From a virus, in IMG/VR virus record IMGVR_UViG_3300047157_000162, positions 32,001 through 96,000 of that record: DNA of 64,000 nt; one strand, written 5' to 3'. The translations under genes were made by a program, and so were the position numbers. Below, piece after piece: positions 32,763-45,170 of this stretch; positions within the stretch are counted from its first letter, which is position 1; each line of letters opens with the position of its first letter. Under the pieces are notes generated by a model. It had not been told where the DNA came from and did no database searches. It saw only the letters and a program-made list of their open reading frames with translations.

Positions 32763-35700
32763 TATTTTTCTAGTTTTTCTAATCTTGCCTCCAATTCTGC
32801 AATTTTAGCAATTAATAAATCTATATAAGCAACAGACTTAAATCCTTGGCTGTCTTCTCTTACAAACTCAGGGTTGGTTTTTTCTAGCTCTTGCGCTATA
32901 ACACCATATCTCTTCTGTCCTTTTTCTGTTTTTAATTCAAAAGTTTTCCAATCTGCTTCAACTTTATTATCACATACTTTTTCAACATTTTCTTTTAGTC
33001 TTTCATCAGATGATAGTATAAAGTTTGCAGCTGTCACAGTAGATGTAAATCTACCGTCACCAGTCACATCTAATTTGTATGATGGATTTGTTTGGCTTAT
33101 ACCAACACTGCCAGAATTAGGGTTTAGTATTATATCAGCACTGTTAGAACATGTTACTTTAAATGCACCTGTGCCTACTTGGTTTAATTCTGTACTAGCA
33201 TTTTGACCACTATAACGTATTATTCTAAACCCAAACTGACCAGCAGGCATTACTTCTCCATTAAAATCCATGTAAGATAAGCCATCCGCTGTTCTTCCTC
33301 TACCAAGTTGTATTGTATTTGCACCTGAAGAGTTATATCCTAAATATAAAACCGGTCCAGACGTTCCTGTATTAGTTATTATTTGCTTACCAAATACTTG
33401 GAAATTTTCAGTTCTACCTGAAATTCCAGCGCTGGAATTTATTATAACTTTTCCATCTCCTTGAACTAAAAACTTAGATACATCATCATTATTGGATACT
33501 AAAAAAGAATCATCACTTGAACCATTACCTGCTTTAATTTTAACACCGCTTCCTACTCCGCCGTCAACCTCTAATGGATACCCTGGACTAGTTGTCCCTA
33601 TACCTACGTTGCCAGAACTGTCTATTGACATTTTTACATCAGTACCGCCACTTCCTTTAATAATATCTAACCCATAAGAATTTGTTCCAGATGTAGGATT
33701 TGAAGCCAACCTCCAAGTCGCACCGCTCACAATATCAACATAAGAGACAGCGGTTCCTGCTGTATTAATGGCTTGTATATTACCTTCAACATCTAATTTT
33801 TCACTTGGTGTCTTTCCAATACCTACATCACCTGTAAAAGTTGCGTTACCATCAGCTCCTATAGTTAATCTTGTTGTAGGTGAAGAAGAACCATCAGAAG
33901 TAGTATTAAATAATAATTTTCCAGGCATGTCATTTGTCCCGGGAGTTCCGTCTACATAAGCGTCTATACTTGCAAGTCTTTTATAAGCAGCACCATCGTA
34001 ACCATAAAAGCCTAAGACTGCAATTCTTTCATTAGCTTGTACTACTGTAGGTGATGCTCCTGTACCGCTAGATTTTCCTAATCCTAAAAATGAAAAATTA
34101 CCAGCTGTATCATTATGTGTAAAGATTTGAGCAGAAGCAAAAAGATCATTTTCAACATTTAAATCTCCTGTTCCATAATTAGTATTATAAGAAGGAGTTG
34201 TAGTTCCAACATTAAGAGTTTCCCCAATATTAACATCTCCTGCAACTTGTAGCTTAGCTGTTGGGCTAGTAGTCCCGATCCCAACATTGCCGCCTGATAA
34301 AATACGCATTCTTTCACCTCCGTTAGTATTAAAAAGAATATTTTTACCAGCATCTTCAGTGTACAGTTTTAAATCACCATCTGTTTTAATTGTAGCGGTA
34401 CCTGTACCTACGTTTCTAAATAGTATTTCTTTTGAACCATTTGCAGCACTATCTAAACGGAAGCTATTTCCTGTTCCAAATACCTCCAACTTAGCTCCAG
34501 GATTAGTTGTACCAATACACCTAAGTTTATGATAAAATACTCCGTCACCGTTTGTTCTTAGCTCAAGTGCAGCATCCCCAAAATCATTATAGTTCAATCC
34601 TGCGCCAGCAGCAGTACCATCGTTATCTACATAGAATTTTATATTTTGAGGCGCTGAGTGTATTGTTTGGTTTCCAGGTTGCTTTAGATTGTAAAAATAT
34701 TAAAGAATTTTCAAAAGATGCTGTTCCTGATGTTACACCAGCTGCAGTCATCTGCAAGCCCAGCACCTATAGCTGATGCTGTATTTACAGCATCATTTTT
34801 TACTTGTATAAATACCCTTCCGTCTACACTGTTGCCATCGTTGCTTACCATTAAAGGTATAGCTGGTTGAGAAGTAAGACCTACTGCAGATGTCAATCCA
34901 ACTTCAAGCTCATGCGAAGGGCTTGCCGTCGCAATCCCGACGTTTCCTGCAAAATAGTTTTTACTATTAACATCTACTTGTGATATACCGTACTTATTGA
35001 GTATTGTACCGTTATTAGTTGGTGTTTTTAAGTATAAGCCATGATACTCTTTTAAGTGGCTTCCAGAATCTACCTCAGCTGTTCCGTAAAAAGAGTAAGC
35101 TCTATCATCAAGATTAACAGAATTAGATCCTTCCATTTCTATTCTACCCTCAACACCTATATATTGCATATCAGCGTTGTTGACAGTTACATTTCCTGAC
35201 AGCTTTCCAATTCCTTGAACTCCCCTTGCAACGTAACCATAATCACCTAGTTTGTCTGCAACACCAACAAGACCAGTTGCAAAACTATTAGCTCCTCCAC
35301 TTACGCGTTGTGTAAATAAACCAGCAACAGGGTATATATTGTTAGTAGAAACATTTCCATTGTGTAATACTTCAACTGTATTTGGATTTGTATTTGTTTT
35401 AGTGGATATATCATATATATCTAACTTAGCCCCTGGACTAGTCGTACCAATCCCTACGTTACCAGCAGAGGTAATACGCATTCTTTCTGTATTGGATGTT
35501 AAAGATATTATATCCGCTGTGTTGACCTTAAGTTTTATATCTTTATTTTGACCATTATCACCTAAATAAACAGCACTATCAAACCATCCAACTTTAGCTC
35601 TATCATTAAACTTTATGGAAGCAGTGTCACCAATAGCATTATTATTAGTATCTATGTAAACAACCACATCATCCGTGGAACCTTTCACGTGTAGTGGTCC

Positions 35701-36907
35701 ACTAGGGCTAGTTGTTCCAATTCCAACGTTACCTGAGGAGTCTATACGCATTTTTTCTACACCACTTGTTAAAAATCTATGATACCCGCCAGTGTTATAG
35801 CCCATATAACCATAAGTACCACCTCCAAAAATCTTATAATTAGCGTCAGCAGTCCCAAAGAATAAATTACCTTGGTTTGAGGCCGTTTTTAGATACAAAT
35901 CACCTGTCAAAGGATAACTTGCCCCAGCTGAAAGTGGTAAGTAAGGGCCACCGGGTAAAGTTTTTGTTGTAGTAACAATTTCAGCCCAGTCATTCCAAGT
36001 TCCGCTGTATCTACTTCTATAATACATACCTGTATTATTGGTAGAGTAAGGAATAGCAAACTGCGTCATATTACCATCATTATCATAGCTACCATATTCC
36101 CAAGAAAATGGGTGGTAATATTCATTGCCAGCAGGTCCGTTAGTTGCGTTACCTCTTAACAACGTGTGACCATTACCAGACCTAGCATTTGTGCTATCGT
36201 TCCAGTCTAGAGTTCCGCTAGTTGTTAGTGCTCCAAAACCTCCGTATATTTGCCCATTAATAAAAGCTTTTCCATCCACATGTAGTTTCTCTACAGGACT
36301 AGTCGTCCCAATCCCGACGTTACCGCCGTTGAAATATGAGTCTCCATTTGTATCTATTTTAACCTTTTGAACTTCATCTCCGTCATACATTCCAAGATTA
36401 GCTGCATTACCACTTTGTCCAACTTTAAAATTAAAACGCTGCTCTCCATTATCAGCTCTAAATCTAATGTGCTTATCAATATCACCATTTCCCGTAGCTG
36501 AGTTTGTTAAGATATCTAGTCTAGCTGTAGGACTATCAGTACCTATACCGACGTTGCCTGAGGATTGTACGTTAAACAAGTTGCCTGCAGTTCCACCAAA
36601 AGATGTTACATTAACAAGGTTTGCTGTTTGCCCATTTTTTGAAAGGATTGATAAAGGTATATGTGATGTGGCTGAAGGATTAATTTCTAAAACTCCAGTT
36701 CCATTAAACCCGTAGCTGCTATTAATTTGAAATCCGTTATCACTAATTGCTCCACCGCCTCCTGATATTACAAGTTTAGCCCCAGGAGCAGTCGTCCCGA
36801 TACCGACATTGCCGTTGTTTAGTATACGTATTCTATCACTACTACCTGTTTGAAAACTTAATTGTTGAGCTGATTGATTTGCTTGAATATGTTTTTCCTA
36901 ATCCCAT
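32762..36907 (-). CDS. Tail fibre 2 with GNVGIGT repeats and C-terminal S74 intramolecular chaperone (several frameshifts)
   Basis: About 11 GxVGIGTxxP repeats; [10 protein letters not shown]...[10 protein letters not shown]...[12 protein letters not shown]; start MGLGKTYS at 36907 abuts the upstream stop. Confidence 0.75.
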
Positions 36908-39900
36908 TTAGTATGTATTTCTTACTATGTTAACCCATTCGTATGTTGAACTACCTGTTTGCATACACATGTCTGCGTAGCTTGCATCTTCTGCTGTTAC
37001 TTCTATTACTGATACGTTGTCTATTGAGCCGCTTCTATGTACTCTATGTATGTTCCATTAGCACTCCTTATACTGCCTACAGAAACATTCCCACTTCCTA
37101 GCTCTATCCTGACAGAACCACTAACGTAGTTTGATATAGTGTAAACCACCTCGTATATCTTACCTGACACCAATCCCGTATTTATTTGAAAAGCTGTTGA
37201 AGTTGTTGAGGAACCGTTAAGAGAACCTCCGCTAATTGTCCACCCTGCCCCTTTATTCCAATCACTATCAGTATCAAAACCACCATTAGTAATTAACTCT
37301 TCTCCATCAACCTCTACATATTCTGTATCAGTTCTATATCTCATTGTACCTACTTTATCTGCTGAAGCTGTATCTGTATCATCAGCCATTTGTATACTAC
37401 CAGCAACTGTTAAATTAGCTGTAGTAGTTGATGTGGATTTTAACTCCATTGTATATGTACTAGAAGCACCGCCATGATACAATTTACCCCATCTTAGTCG
37501 TGAATCTGTAGAGCCATTAAACACACAGTTTATTTGACCAACCATATGAGTAGCATCGGTACCATAGGCAAAAGTTATTGATTTGCTTTCACCAGCAGTC
37601 CAATTTCCATCTATATCAATTGCTCTAGTTTCTCCGCCGCTTGTAGAACCTATGTTTAATTGTGCTAGATTATTTGGAGGAGTAGTATTGTTAATTATTA
37701 CTTTTCCATCAACCACTAACTTTTCAGAAGGACTAGTCGTCCCGATACCTACGTTACCATTTGGTATTATAATATTATTGTAAGTAGCATTACCAATACT
37801 AAGAGTTCTATTAGTTATAGTCGTGCTTGGCGATTGTAACAATATTGTATTATTTCTATTGTCACGAATCATATATTGGGAATCGATACCTACTGAACCA
37901 CCAGATACTTGAAGCTTATTTAAAGGACTAGTAGTCCCGATACCTACGTTGCCGCCTAAAGGTTGTAATGATAAAGGTTTTAAATTATTACTTCCATCAT
38001 CCTGTATAGATTGTATGTAGCCGTAATTATAACCATTAGAGCCTATCCAATTTGAAATAGCACCTCCGTTATTTATTCTCGCAGCGGGTGTTGATGATGT
38101 AGAAATAGTAGATGTATCTACAGGTCCTTCTACAAATAATCTAGCAGTAATAGATGATGATCTACCAATCCCAACGTTGCCGTCTGAGTCTATAGTCATT
38201 TTACTATCTGATAAAGTAGCATCACTATCTCCAAGAGTGTTATTGTTCAAGAAATGCATTTTACCAATACCCCAGCTAGTTTCTCTTTCAAAAACTAAAC
38301 CTGCTTTTACAGCGGCGTTTGTTGCGATATATCCAGATAACCCAATACCTGTAAATTCTCCTACAGCATTTCCAGCACCTGCTACTATAGCAAATTCATC
38401 TCCACTCGAGTAACTTGCTAGCTTGTAATTAGGACTAGTCGTTCCAATACCGACGTTGCCTGCATTAAAAAGCGTTCTTCCTGTATCACCTTCAAATACA
38501 GCCATTTCAACACCGTCATTAGGCATTATTTTAAAATGACCTCCTACTGTTAGTAATCTAGTATACTTTGTATCGTCTTTTATTCTTATTTCAGATATTC
38601 CATCTGTAGACTCAAAAGTAGCTAAAATATTATCGCTTGAATAAACATGCAATGGATTACTAGGACTAGTCGTGCCAATCCCAACGTTACCGTTATTATC
38701 AATCAAAACATCTCTTTCTCCATTCGCACCACCTAAACCAAGAGGGCCAGTAGTGTTTCGAAGATAACCATAACTTGAGCCTTCTAAAAGAATAAGAGAG
38801 TCACCTGTGTCTGCTCTTTTTAGTCTTATCCCAGCACCTGATGAGGCGTTTTCAATATCTAAGTTATAGTTTGGGCTAGTCGTTCCAATTCCAACTTTGC
38901 CAGCTGAGTCAATACGCATTCTTTCAGAACTATTAGTATATAACCTCATTGCTGAAGTTGTATCTTGAAACAAAATTCCTTCATCAGCAGTTATTGTTCC
39001 ATTTCCTACCCAACCTGCATTATTATTAGTAGCTATAAGCAATCCATTATAAGTTGATTCACTTGTTTTAAAAGATGCTATTGTTTGATTTCCAGTTAGT
39101 AATGTTTCAACATCTAATTTAGCCCCAGGACTAGTTGTCCCGATCCCTACGTTGCCGGAATTATTTATGTACATGTCATAATTAGTAGCGCTTGAACCAC
39201 TAAGCATTACACCTCCATCACTATCTGTATTGTATATTTTTAGATCTCCATTTCTAATGTACTGTATAACACCTTGCTCTGCGGCTGATTTTTCAAATAC
39301 CAAGGTTGGATTTACACCGCCTGCTCCAGAAGTTAATTTTACAAAGTTCTTAGTTCCGTCTGTGGTAGATATTTCTAGTAAAGAGTCCGGACTAGTTGTA
39401 CCGATACCTACGTTACCTGTATTTATATAACTATTTGAACCAGCTCTACTATCAAATCTAATGTCGCCATTGTCCCCTAAAAGATTGAAATCAGTACCTG
39501 TACCTGTAGGGTTAAGGTACGCCTTTTCTACATTCGTGCCTTCACTCCATCCCTGTATTCCATCTACATCTAGTAACCTGCTAGGACTAGTCGTCCCGAT
39601 ACCCATACGTTCATTTGGCTCATCTATGTAAACTGTATCAGACACTATAGTATTTCCATCACCTACCCATATTCTACCTTCTGGTAAGTTAGGCACGTCG
39701 TTTGTACGCATTATAGCCGATACAACAAAATTACCGTCAGATGAAGTACTCACTCTGCCTACTTGACCAACGTTTTGTATTAAGTTTGTAGATCCAGTTG
39801 GCTTTGTTGTAGTTAGTGATGAACCTGAGCTACCACCTGCTTTAACATATATTGTGTCATTTTCAGTTGTAGTTTGACCGTCTATAGGTGTCGTAACTAG

Positions 39901-40257
39901 GTTTCTAAGCTTACCAGCTGTTACAGCAGTACCTTCACCGTTGTCTAGTAAATCTTGCTCTAGTAGACCAACGCAAGGCATTTTACTTGAGTCACTAGCA
40001 TCGCATAGACCAACTTCAAGCCTAGCGGAAGCACCAACTGAGCCTATTATGTACACAGGGTCTCCTTTAACCAAAGCGGTTCCTTCGCCGTTTTTAACAA
40101 GAATTGAAACCCTTTCAGCAGAACCAGAGACTAAAGTGCTTTGATCTACCCAAGCAGTACCCGTTACCGTCGAAGACAATAACTGATTAACTGTACCTGG
40201 TGAACCACTAGCGTCTTCTAGACCCGCCTGTACTTCTATATTACTTTTAAACTTCAT
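36908..40257 (-). CDS. Tail fibre 1 with GNVGIGT repeats (frameshift/deletion near 37030)
   Basis: 9 GxVGIG repeats; shifted frame gives SIDNVSVIEV...SYADMCMQTGSSTYEWVNIVRNTY* ending at 36908. Confidence 0.75.
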
Positions 40258-40276
40258 GTACTAATTTTTATTATTA

Positions 40277-41632
40277 CTACCCTATCTTCTGTACCAAAAC
40301 TCTAACGCTATTAGTTGGTGTTGCGGCAAATGTAATTGTTGCTTCAGAGGTAGATCCTCTTTCAACATCTGCGTAAACAGTTTCATCGGTTGTTACATCA
40401 TAAAGCTGTATAATAACATCTTTAGTTCCTAAGCTATGAGTTATGGTTGCCGTATCTGTTATTGTTACCGCATATGTGTTTGAAGAATTTGTATCTGTGT
40501 TTGTTACAGTTGCCGTACCTGATGCATAAGCAACACTTATTCCAGTACCGGCATTTACATTACCAATACCTACCGTTGTAAGATCCGCAAGGTCAATGTT
40601 ATTTTGTACTGTTGTCCATTCTGCTAATGTGGTTGGTGCATTATTGTTAGCTATAAGCACATCACCTACCCTTACTTGCTCTGTGAAGAATAAACCATCT
40701 ACTGTAACCGTATATGTCCATCCAGTTTTAATAGCTGAACTCGGTGAAGAATCTAAGTCTGGTGTATTTGTTGCCGCATCATATCCACCTTGATAGCTTA
40801 ATGCTCCTGTTACTGCTTGATCAACATAGTGCTTTGAAGCCGCGTCTGTATCAGCTGACGGTACTTGTGGTATTGTTAACTGACCAGCAACACTTGATTG
40901 TCCGGTTCCAGACACTGTTAATTCGCCTGCTAGATCTATACTATCATCTAAATTTACTGTTACCGTATCGGTTGCACCTACAACTGTGGTTATATTAGTA
41001 CCTCCGGCTATGTCTAAAGTATTTCCGCTATCTATTGTTTGATCAGTTCCTGAATCAGCTGTTACACTAAATGTATAAGCTTCAGCGGAGGGCATTGTAA
41101 CTGTTTTAACATTTAAAGCAGTTACGTGACCTGTTGTATTTGTTGTTACAGAATCTACAACTGTAAATGTACCTGCGTAACCAGGAGAGCCTGTAGATGT
41201 TGTATCTGTTCTAGTTGTTAAATCATGATTAACAATAGGTACTGGCCCTGTTTGATCTGTTACATTTATATAAGTACCTCCTTGTACTTCAGTTACATCT
41301 CCAAAAGGAATTGTTGCCCATGTATTATCTTTAGTTAAAAACCTAGACGCTGAAGTTGAAGTGCCATCAACCGCTGATAAGTCTACAGTATACGCTCTTT
41401 TTATCGATGTTCCTCCATTAGTCAGACTTACAAATGTACCGTTTGCAAAATCAGTTTGAACTAAACTAACCCAAGTGTCGGTTGCATTGGAATAGTACTT
41501 AGCTATTGTATCGCTACTGTCAAAGTATATTTGAGCCGCTGCAGCTGTTGGTGCCGTACCGGTGATATGTAGCTTAGCGTTTTGTAATTGATTATCGCTA
41601 AGATTAATGTTATTTAAAAAAGGTATTGCCAT
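40277..41632 (-). CDS. Tail/tail-fibre structural protein
   Basis: Thr-rich beta protein; DAASKHYVD, YQGGYDAATNTP, ITHSLGTKDVIIQLYD motifs. Confidence 0.65.
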   Translation of the reverse strand: MAIPFLNNINLSDNQLQNAKLHITGTAPTAAAAQIYFDSSDTIAKYYSNATDTWVSLVQTDFANGTFVSLTNGGTSIKRAYTVDLSAVDGTSTSASRFLTKDNTWATIPFGDVTEVQGGTYINVTDQTGPVPIVNHDLTTRTDTTSTGSPGYAGTFTVVDSVTTNTTGHVTALNVKTVTMPSAEAYTFSVTADSGTDQTIDSGNTLDIAGGTNITTVVGATDTVTVNLDDSIDLAGELTVSGTGQSSVAGQLTIPQVPSADTDAASKHYVDQAVTGALSYQGGYDAATNTPDLDSSPSSAIKTGWTYTVTVDGLFFTEQVRVGDVLIANNNAPTTLAEWTTVQNNIDLADLTTVGIGNVNAGTGISVAYASGTATVTNTDTNSSNTYAVTITDTATITHSLGTKDVIIQLYDVTTDETVYADVERGSTSEATITFAATPTNSVRVLVQKIG

Positions 41633-41634
41633 AA

Positions 41635-42493
41635 TTAGTTCATATATGCTTTGCCTGATTCAGCAGAAGCGAAGGTTATTGTTAAATTGTTTTCATCGAT
41701 GTATACTATATCTCCGTAACCTTTCTGCCCGGTGGACAAAACCATAGTTACAGAAGGAAACTTATCTAGGTTATGCTGAACAGTCCACGTTGCACTAGCA
41801 GATGCTTGTACAAATGTATATGTTTCGTTCGCTCTAGCCCAAACGTTATCTCCTCGTAGGAATTTAGTATTATCAGGCGTACCAGTAGCTGACAATGATG
41901 CTGTAATTTCTACGTTACCCGTTGTAGGCGTTGTAGGTGTCATATCTATAAACGTCAGTATCAGATGTATCAACACTGTCAACACCTGTAGCACCGAGTT
42001 CTAAATAAAAGTTTACAAGAGTATAATAGTGATCCATATCTATAGATCCATTACCTCCTAAATATTCTAATGTTAATGTATAAAAGTTAGTTGTACCAAT
42101 TTGCGTGTACCCTCTCATTATATAATGCCCAAATGAACCCTTACCGGCTACATCTTGGAACATTACTTGCTCATCTATTAAATACTCTAAGAAAGGTGAA
42201 ACAATCTGACCAGATAGGTCCATGTTTGATATTACTATAGACGTAATGCTTGACCAAGGTGTGTCATCACCGCTTCCGGCTGCAAAAGCAAAAGTACCTG
42301 CTTTAAAAGAAGGGTCTTGTACAAACTGATAGTTCATCTGACCGGCAATTGCCACCTTACCGTTTATATTCAGGTAGTCCGCTACTGCTTTAGCCGTATA
42401 CTGCTTCGTTTGTCTATTGACGGAGTCAGTTCCTACCCAAGCATCTGTATCAGTTATAGTCTGATCGTAAGGATATGAATATATTATTGCCAT
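41635..42493 (-). CDS. Tail structural protein (frameshift near 41955)
   Basis: ORFs 41915..42493 and 41635..41994 join; FLRGDNVW, WTVQHNLDKFPSV motifs. Confidence 0.6.
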
Positions 42494-42495
42494 GT

Positions 42496-42762
42496 TTATC
42501 TTTTATTTTGTTTTCTTTCGGCTTTAGTACCGTCTTTTTTACTCTTACTCTGCGTTCCACCTCTGTTATGAGACGATGTAACACATCTTTTAGTATTATG
42601 GTCATAATCGTGTCCTTTAGGACAATCCTTTCTTTGACTCTCAGCCTTAAATCTCCTTCTCCTGTCGGTCATAGCGTACTTCTTGTCCCTGATTGCTTTA
42701 GCCTTCGCTGCTGCTGGACTTAATTTTTGCTTCGGTCCGCCTTTTCTTCTTGGTTTTGCCAT
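42496..42762 (-). CDS. Small basic protein with HNH-like motif
   Basis: DYDH...SSHNRG; first gene of the left arm. Confidence 0.55.
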   Translation of the reverse strand: MAKPRRKGGPKQKLSPAAAKAKAIRDKKYAMTDRRRRFKAESQRKDCPKGHDYDHNTKRCVTSSHNRGGTQSKSKKDGTKAERKQNKR

Positions 42763-42786
42763 AATATTGTTTTCGTATACATTATA

Positions 42787-42813
42787 TACTTACATGTTAT
42801 ACCTAAATTTTAC
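42787..42813 (-). promoter_or_regulatory. Class II promoter motif
   Basis: GTAAAAT-N8-AACATGTAAGTA upstream of first left-arm gene. Confidence 0.55.
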
Positions 42814-42825
42814 AATATCATAAAC

Positions 42826-42869
42826 GCGACGATAGCCTCTTATTAATATATATAACTAGCTAATGTCAC
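42826..42869. promoter_or_regulatory. Spaced inverted-repeat site, copy 1
   Basis: GCGACGATAGC-N22-GCTAATGTCAC. Confidence 0.7.
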
Positions 42870-42963
42870 ACTTACTGAAATAAAAAAACGTTGCAAATAG
42901 AGAGTGATGGGGTTGCACCTTTACATTACCTCAACAATCCTATAAGAAAACGCGTTTCAAATT

Positions 42964-43140
42964 AGGGGCCCCCGGCCTTTTTTTCGGCTTTGGCGCACGG
43001 TTTCGGCTTTTCGGTGCGGTTTACGGTGCAGGTTCAGGCTTATGCTATCGGGTCTGGTACTGCGGTGCGGCTTACTGGCATCTGGATCCTGGATGTTCGG
43101 CTTACGGTTGCGGTTCGGCTACGGCTTACGGCTTGCCGTT
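42964..43140. repeat. GC-rich, G/T-skewed CGG-unit tract at the strand switch (candidate genome end/packaging region)
   Basis: GGGGCCCC palindrome then about 20 short CGG/CTGG/CAGG units; composition unlike the rest of the window. Confidence 0.5.
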
Positions 43141-43374
43141 TGTATAGCATTTGTACAAGACGAATACGATGGAGATCCGATAATATAAGTGAATCTAAAA
43201 TAAATATAAGATATGAAACCAAAGTAACCAGAATAGACAAAGATCTACGACAGATACCCAGGACAGGTTGACCAGATCAAAGCCTACATCGAGAATGAAA
43301 ACAGACTACGACCAGGATCAATTCCTTGAAGAAGATATACTTGAAGACATACTAACTAAATTAGATATAATATA

Positions 43375-43512
43375 ATGTACAGATCAGAAATCAGAACCAG
43401 ACCAGATGGAACCAGCTACGTGCAATGTATCTGGATCGGAGACCAGACCAAAGGATCAGACCAGGGAACAGCAACTGACCTCAGCCCAGCTCAAGGCTTG
43501 GAACACGACTGA
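43375..43512 (+). CDS. Early microprotein (45 aa)
   Basis: MYRSEIRTRPDGTSYVQCIWIGDQ...LEHD*. Confidence 0.4.
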   Translation: MYRSEIRTRPDGTSYVQCIWIGDQTKGSDQGTATDLSPAQGLEHD

Positions 43513-43743
43513 GTAATGCTCAGGACCGGAGGCGCAGCCGAAGGCTGTATAGCACGTATAGCATACTGCGTATAGCATTTTGACAGAGTGAACACGATCT
43601 CATTTCGATAATATAAGTGAATAACAAATTAAGTAAAATGTTTGAAATTAGAAAATAATAAAAATAACAAACTAAATACGAAGACTATTCGATAATATAA
43701 GTGAATAACAAATAAAATAATAATAACTAAATAAATTTAAATT

Positions 43744-44082
43744 ATGTCAAATCAAGAATTAATTACAAACGCGATCGCAAACATGTCAAACGAAGAAAAA
43801 GCAACAATCTTCCCTCCGATCACAAGAGCCAACTTCGTAGTCCGTAAATCATGGCTCGGCCGAAATCAAATCATAACTTTCAACACGAAAGCGACCAAGA
43901 CAAAGCCAAGTGTCAAAGTAACGTACAATCACGATGAAGTACTGGAACTAATGTTGCCGAAACTAAACATCATGCCATGTTGGATCAAACGTGGATACTG
44001 GTCACAGTCGACAGACATGCCGGCTAACACGAGACATCTGTCAGATCGTGTAACAATTGAAACTGAGGCTACTGAAAAGTAG
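43744..44082 (+). CDS. Early hypothetical protein
   Basis: 112 aa after two tandem class I promoters; ends in an 11-bp GAAA-loop hairpin (44063-44088). Confidence 0.7.
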   Translation: MSNQELITNAIANMSNEEKATIFPPITRANFVVRKSWLGRNQIITFNTKATKTKPSVKVTYNHDEVLELMLPKLNIMPCWIKRGYWSQSTDMPANTRHLSDRVTIETEATEK

Positions 44083-44152
44083 TCTTAGGATCAACCCCTG
44101 ACAACACAAACACGAGTAACAAACGATAATATTAACAAATAAAACAAAAATT

Positions 44153-44248
44153 ATGTATTCAAATTGCTGCGGCTCAGAAGCGAGCTATCTATCAGACGAG
44201 TTATGTGGACAGTGCCTGGAATGGGCAGAGTTCGATGACGAAGAGTAA
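44153..44248 (+). CDS. Zn-ribbon microprotein (31 aa)
   Basis: MYSNCCGSEASYLSDELCGQCLEWAEFDDEE* directly after promoter 44100. Confidence 0.6.
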   Translation: MYSNCCGSEASYLSDELCGQCLEWAEFDDEE

Positions 44249-44257
44249 ACAAAAAAC

Positions 44258-44302
44258 GTGACAATAGCCTACTATTATATTAATATAACAAGCTAACGTC
44301 AC
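44258..44302. promoter_or_regulatory. Spaced inverted-repeat site, copy 2
   Basis: GTGACAATAGC-N23-GCTAACGTCAC. Confidence 0.7.
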
Positions 44303-44434
44303 ACTTTTTAACCTTACCGCTTCGGAAGTTCCGTTGCGAGGCTTGGCCTGGGTATTTTGCTATACACCGGAAGAGTAGACTCCGCCCTACGCGACGTTTA
44401 AATGCTATACATCACCCAATATGCTACGATCTTA

Positions 44435-44527
44435 AGTGAAAATCACCTAAAAACCTCCACTTTGTAGGCAAATTAACTAAAAAACACTCTATTTGTAGTG
44501 AAATTACCTACTTTTACTCAATAAGAG
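44435..44527. repeat. Three degenerate ~31-bp tandem repeats
   Basis: AGTGAAAATCACCTAAAAACCTCCACTTTGT / AGGCAAATTAACTAAAAAACACTCTATTTGT / AGTGAAATTACCTACTTTTACTCAATAAGAG. Confidence 0.5.
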
Positions 44528-44637
44528 AGGTAGTGTAATACTTTCTACTACTATTTTTACTCACTAATATTTTTACACCTTTACAAAACAAATACGATCA
44601 CCTAACGATAATATATGTGAATTTAAAAATAATACTT

Positions 44638-44844
44638 ATGAAACCAAAAAATGTTGAATTTATTGAAGAATTTATAGAAATACTAGGTGGCGACAATTTT
44701 TTCCTATGCGACCTGATCGATCAAGATCAACTATTTACTATGCAAGGTGAGTTAGCCCAACTAATATGTGATCACGCTAACAACGGAACTTCAGTGGCAA
44801 GACATTTAGTACCATTATTACCTAACACATTTAAAGTAGAATAA
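44638..44844 (+). CDS. Early hypothetical protein
   Basis: ATG 44638 after promoter 44582. Confidence 0.6.
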   Translation: MKPKNVEFIEEFIEILGGDNFFLCDLIDQDQLFTMQGELAQLICDHANNGTSVARHLVPLLPNTFKVE

Positions 44845-44942
44845 TATGAAAGAATATCACGGATTTAATAGCGAACAAGAGTATGAAGAGTATGCACAGT
44901 TAATGTGGTTAATAAATAATAATAAAGAACAAGATTGTAGGT

Positions 44943-45146
44943 ATGAATTTCATGCAAGGTAACGACTACGAATACTTTAAAAAATTGTGGTGCGAAAACA
45001 ACGAACATTTACTACAATTTTATAGAGAAATGTTATATACTTTTCCAATAGAGTGTAATAGTGTGAATACAATAGAATTTATTAACAAGTGTATGTGGGC
45101 GTTTCATTCAACCTCAGTGTTATACGATGAATACGGAAGCAAATAA
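44943..45146 (+). CDS. Early hypothetical protein
   Basis: 67-aa ORF in co-oriented array. Confidence 0.55.
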   Translation: MNFMQGNDYEYFKKLWCENNEHLLQFYREMLYTFPIECNSVNTIEFINKCMWAFHSTSVLYDEYGSK

Positions 45147-45170
45147 GAACTAAAATAAAAAAGTAATACT

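Noticed and set aside
32762-40257. Diversity-generating retroelement or shufflon acting on tail fibres
   Set aside because: No reverse transcriptase, no adenine-specific template/variable pair and no invertase seen
42990-43271. ORFs across the CGG tract on both strands
   Set aside because: Stop-free by-products of skewed low-complexity DNA with atypical composition
43200-43530. CCAG/GATC-rich stretch as restriction decoy array
   Set aside because: Largely explained by two small ORFs; enrichment not demonstrable by eye
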